From: Paraconexibacter antarcticus
Lineage (GTDB): Bacteria; Actinomycetota; Thermoleophilia; Solirubrobacterales; Solirubrobacteraceae
DNA length: 24,000 bases
Assembly (NCBI RefSeq): GCF_024220175.1
Contig: NZ_CP098502.1
Coordinates: 3,142,514 to 3,166,513 of the forward strand
Direction: 5' to 3'
Shown here piece by piece: positions 21,941-24,000 of this stretch. Positions within the stretch are counted from its first letter, which is position 1; every line of letters starts with the position of its first letter. The notes under the pieces are model-generated. The model was given only the letters and a program-made list of their open reading frames with translations. It did no database searches and was not told the DNA's origin. The translations under genes were made by a program, and so were the position numbers.

Positions 21941-22489
21941 ATGACCGACCTGCGCAGCGCCCCGGTCCCCCCGGTCGGTCCCGGCGACCACGTCCGGGGC
22001 CCAGACGGCGCGCCCGCGGTCGTCATGTACGCCGATTTCACCTGCCCCCGCTGCGCCCTCGCCTGGGAGCGGCTCGACGGCGCGGCGGTCCGGCTCGTCT
22101 TCCGCCACCTCGCGCTGAAGGCGAAGCACCCGCGCGCCGTCGCGCTCGCCTGCGCCGCGGAGGCCGCCGCGGCCCAGGGCGCCTTCTGGGCGTTCGCCGC
22201 CTCCGTCTACGCCGACCCCGGCCGCGTCGACGACCCGCACCTCTGGGCCCGCTGCGAGACGCTCGGCCTCGACGTCGAGCGCTTCCAGGCCGACCGGCGC
22301 GCGCCGGCCGCGACCTCCCGGGTGGCCGCCGACGTGCGGGCCGCTCTGCGTGCGGGCGCGACCGTCACGCCCACCTTCTTCGCCGCGACCGGCCCGCCGG
22401 GCGCCGCCGCGGAGGCCCATCCCGGGCCGCCCGACGCGCAGACCGTCGCCCGCTGGGCCGCCGGGCCGGGAATACCCGCAAACGGTTAG
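21941..22489 (+). CDS. DsbA-like thioredoxin-fold protein with a CPRC active site and no obvious signal peptide or TM
   Basis: The sequence VVMYADFTCPRCA carries a CxxC motif in the DsbA/Thioredoxin_4 context. A cis-Pro-type VTPTFF motif lies near the C-terminus. The N-terminus is polar. Confidence 0.7.
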   Translation: MTDLRSAPVPPVGPGDHVRGPDGAPAVVMYADFTCPRCALAWERLDGAAVRLVFRHLALKAKHPRAVALACAAEAAAAQGAFWAFAASVYADPGRVDDPHLWARCETLGLDVERFQADRRAPAATSRVAADVRAALRAGATVTPTFFAATGPPGAAAEAHPGPPDAQTVARWAAGPGIPANG

Positions 22490-22525
22490 ACTCGAGGGCA
22501 CTTCCGATACGAGAAGCATCACCAC

Positions 22526-22544
22526 GCTCACCAATCGGGTGAGC
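22526..22544 (+). promoter_or_regulatory. Hairpin in the pnp leader, immediately 5' of the SD
   Basis: GCTCACC 22526-22532 pairs with GGTGAGC 22538-22544, with loop AATCG. The SD-like GAAGGGA lies at 22546-22552 and the ATG at 22561. Confidence 0.3.
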
Positions 22545-22560
22545 ATGAAGGGAAAAACAT

Positions 22561-24000
22561 ATGAGTAATGACGCCGTGACCACGGTCACCGTCGAGATCG
22601 CCGGCTCGGAGATCACCTTCGAGACGGGGCGCATGGCCCGTCAGGCCTCCGGCGCCGTCGTCGTCACCCAGGGTGAGACGATGATCCTGTCGACCGCGAC
22701 GGTCGGCCGCCTCAAGGACGCGGACTTCCTCCCGCTCACCGTCGACGTCGAGGAGCGGATGTACGCCGCGGGCAAGATCCCCGGCTCGTTCTTCAAGCGC
22801 GAGGGTCGCTCCGGCGAGAAGGGCACCCTCACCGCCCGCATGATCGACCGCCCGCTCCGTCCGCTCTTCCCGAAGACGTGGCGCTACGACACGCACCTCG
22901 TCACCGTGACGATGAGCGTCGACCACGAGCACCCCTACGACATCCTCGCGATGAACGGCGCCTCCGCGGCGCTCATGATCTCGCCGGTGCCGCTGCCGAA
23001 CCCCGTCGGCGCGGTCCGCATCGGCAAGGTCGACGGCAACTTCGTCGTCAACCCGAACGAGCAGGACCTCCTCGACAACTGCGACATGGACCTCATCGTC
23101 GCGGGCACCGAGGAGGCCATCCTCATGGTCGAGTGCGGGGCGAACATCGTCTCCGAGGCCGAGATCCTCGACGCGCTCGACATCGCGCACGACGCGATCA
23201 AGAAGCTGTGCGCCGCGCAGCACGAGCTCGCCGCGAAGTGCGGCAAGCCGAAGATGGAGGTCTCGACGGCCGGCTCGGTCGACCAGGACCTCGTCGCGCA
23301 GATCCAGGCGTCCCACGGCGCCGCGCTCGAGGAGGCGACGTCGAACACCGACAAGCTCGAGCTCTACGCCGCGATCGACGCGGTCAAGGACGCGGTCGTC
23401 GCCCAGTACGCCGGCGATCCCGAGTCCGAGACCTACGGCGAGGCGGCCACCGCGGCCGGCAAGGCGTTCGACGCGGTCGAGAAGTCGACCATCCGTCAGC
23501 GGATCGCCGTCAAGAAGCAGCGTCCCGACGGCCGTGCGGAGACGCAGATCCGGCCGATCAGCATCGAGGTCGGCGTCGCCCCGCGCACGCACGGCTCCGC
23601 GCTCTTCACCCGTGGTGAGACCCAGGCCTTCTCCGTCGCCGCCCTCGGCACGCTGAAGGAGGAGATGCGTCTGGACACCCTCGGGCTCGAGACGAAGAAG
23701 TACTACTGGCACCACTACAACTTCCCGCCCTTCTCGGTGGGCGAGGCCGGCTTCATGCGCGGCCCGAAGCGGCGCGACATCGGTCACGGTGCGCTCGCCG
23801 AGCGGGCCCTCGTCCCGGTCATCCCGTCGATCGAGGACTTCCCGTACACGGTGCGCGTCGTCTCCGACATCTTCGAGTCCAACGGCTCGTCGTCGATGGC
23901 GTCGGTCTGCGGCTCCTCGCTGTCCCTGATGCAGGCGGGCGTCCCGATCGCCGCGCCGGTCGCGGGCATCGCGATGGGCCTCATCAAGGAGGGCGACGAC
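22561..24000 (+). CDS. pnp: Polyribonucleotide nucleotidyltransferase (PNPase), N-terminal 480 codons (3' end lies outside the window)
   Basis: My own translation from ATG 22561 is [48 protein letters not shown]...[28 protein letters not shown]. The frame stays open to base 24000, ending ...[12 protein letters not shown]. The gene is not in the supplied ORF track because there is no in-window stop. Confidence 0.93.
   Translation, partial: MSNDAVTTVTVEIAGSEITFETGRMARQASGAVVVTQGETMILSTATVGRLKDADFLPLTVDVEERMYAAGKIPGSFFKREGRSGEKGTLTARMIDRPLRPLFPKTWRYDTHLVTVTMSVDHEHPYDILAMNGASAALMISPVPLPNPVGAVRIGKVDGNFVVNPNEQDLLDNCDMDLIVAGTEEAILMVECGANIVSEAEILDALDIAHDAIKKLCAAQHELAAKCGKPKMEVSTAGSVDQDLVAQIQASHGAALEEATSNTDKLELYAAIDAVKDAVVAQYAGDPESETYGEAATAAGKAFDAVEKSTIRQRIAVKKQRPDGRAETQIRPISIEVGVAPRTHGSALFTRGETQAFSVAALGTLKEEMRLDTLGLETKKYYWHHYNFPPFSVGEAGFMRGPKRRDIGHGALAERALVPVIPSIEDFPYTVRVVSDIFESNGSSSMASVCGSSLSLMQAGVPIAAPVAGIAMGLIKEGDD

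Noticed and set aside
22486-22513. TTAGAC-16 nt-TACGAG as the pnp promoter
   Set aside because: The -10 candidate lacks the highly conserved final T and the -35 is imperfect. This is too weak to call as a feature.
22528-23787. 419-aa minus-strand ORF (and the + strand ORF 22878..23618) at the right end
   Set aside because: Both overlap the open-ended + strand frame starting at ATG 22561. That frame translates into a clear PNPase N-terminus and is simply missing from the ORF track for lack of a stop. The listed ORFs are low-complexity GC shadows.
1-24000. tRNA, rRNA, tmRNA or riboswitch genes (for example a metY-like tRNA upstream of rimP, or an FMN riboswitch near ribF)
   Set aside because: Only two intergenic gaps exceed about 105 nt (1303-1486 and 21174-21410). 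Neither shows tRNA-like T-loop or acceptor features. ribF is not preceded by a long structured leader. I could support none.

Overview
This is a very GC-rich, actinobacterial-type chromosomal segment. I call 26 protein genes, all on the + strand except two. No database search was possible, so product calls rest on motifs I recognise, and coordinates were anchored to the supplied ORF track.

- **Left third:** a housekeeping block, pyrK (partial)-pyrD-mihF-[class B flavin monooxygenase]-gmk-rpoZ-coaBC. It is followed, through an ATGA overlap, by a MoxR AAA+ / DUF58 / polytopic TgpA-like transglutaminase operon. A small TPR gene and a convergently overlapping YbjN-like gene (-) come next.
- **Middle:** the classical rimP-nusA-ylxR-infB-rbfA-nrnA-truB-ribF-rpsO cluster, tightly packed with TAGTG and ATGA overlaps.
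- **Right end:** rpsO and pnp, which are normally adjacent, are separated by about 3 kb. This stretch carries an AhpE-like peroxiredoxin, an IS110/IS1111-type insertion sequence, an SRPBCC gene (-) and a DsbA-like CPRC gene. pnp then runs off the window. It is absent from the supplied ORF track because it has no in-window stop.

**Most interesting signals:**
1. The IS has 10-bp inverted repeats and a roughly 140-nt 3' non-coding region. That region contains an 8-mer identical to the right flank, which makes it a candidate bridge/seek RNA.
2. The only canonical intrinsic terminator in the window (7-bp GC stem plus T8) lies in the rimP-nusA leader, directly upstream of the rimP ribosome-binding site. 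It may be a NusA autoregulatory attenuator.
3. NusA carries a non-canonical C-terminal extension with a C-x9-C-x10-C-x4-H motif and a repetitive acidic tail.
4. Seven genes lack a Shine-Dalgarno sequence and have a TANNNT hexamer 6-10 nt upstream of the start codon, which suggests leaderless transcription.
5. A degenerate 59-bp 'ghost' copy of the SRPBCC 3' end lies next to the IS.

No CRISPR array, tRNA or rRNA was seen. The many long overlapping or antisense ORFs in the track are GC-driven shadows.
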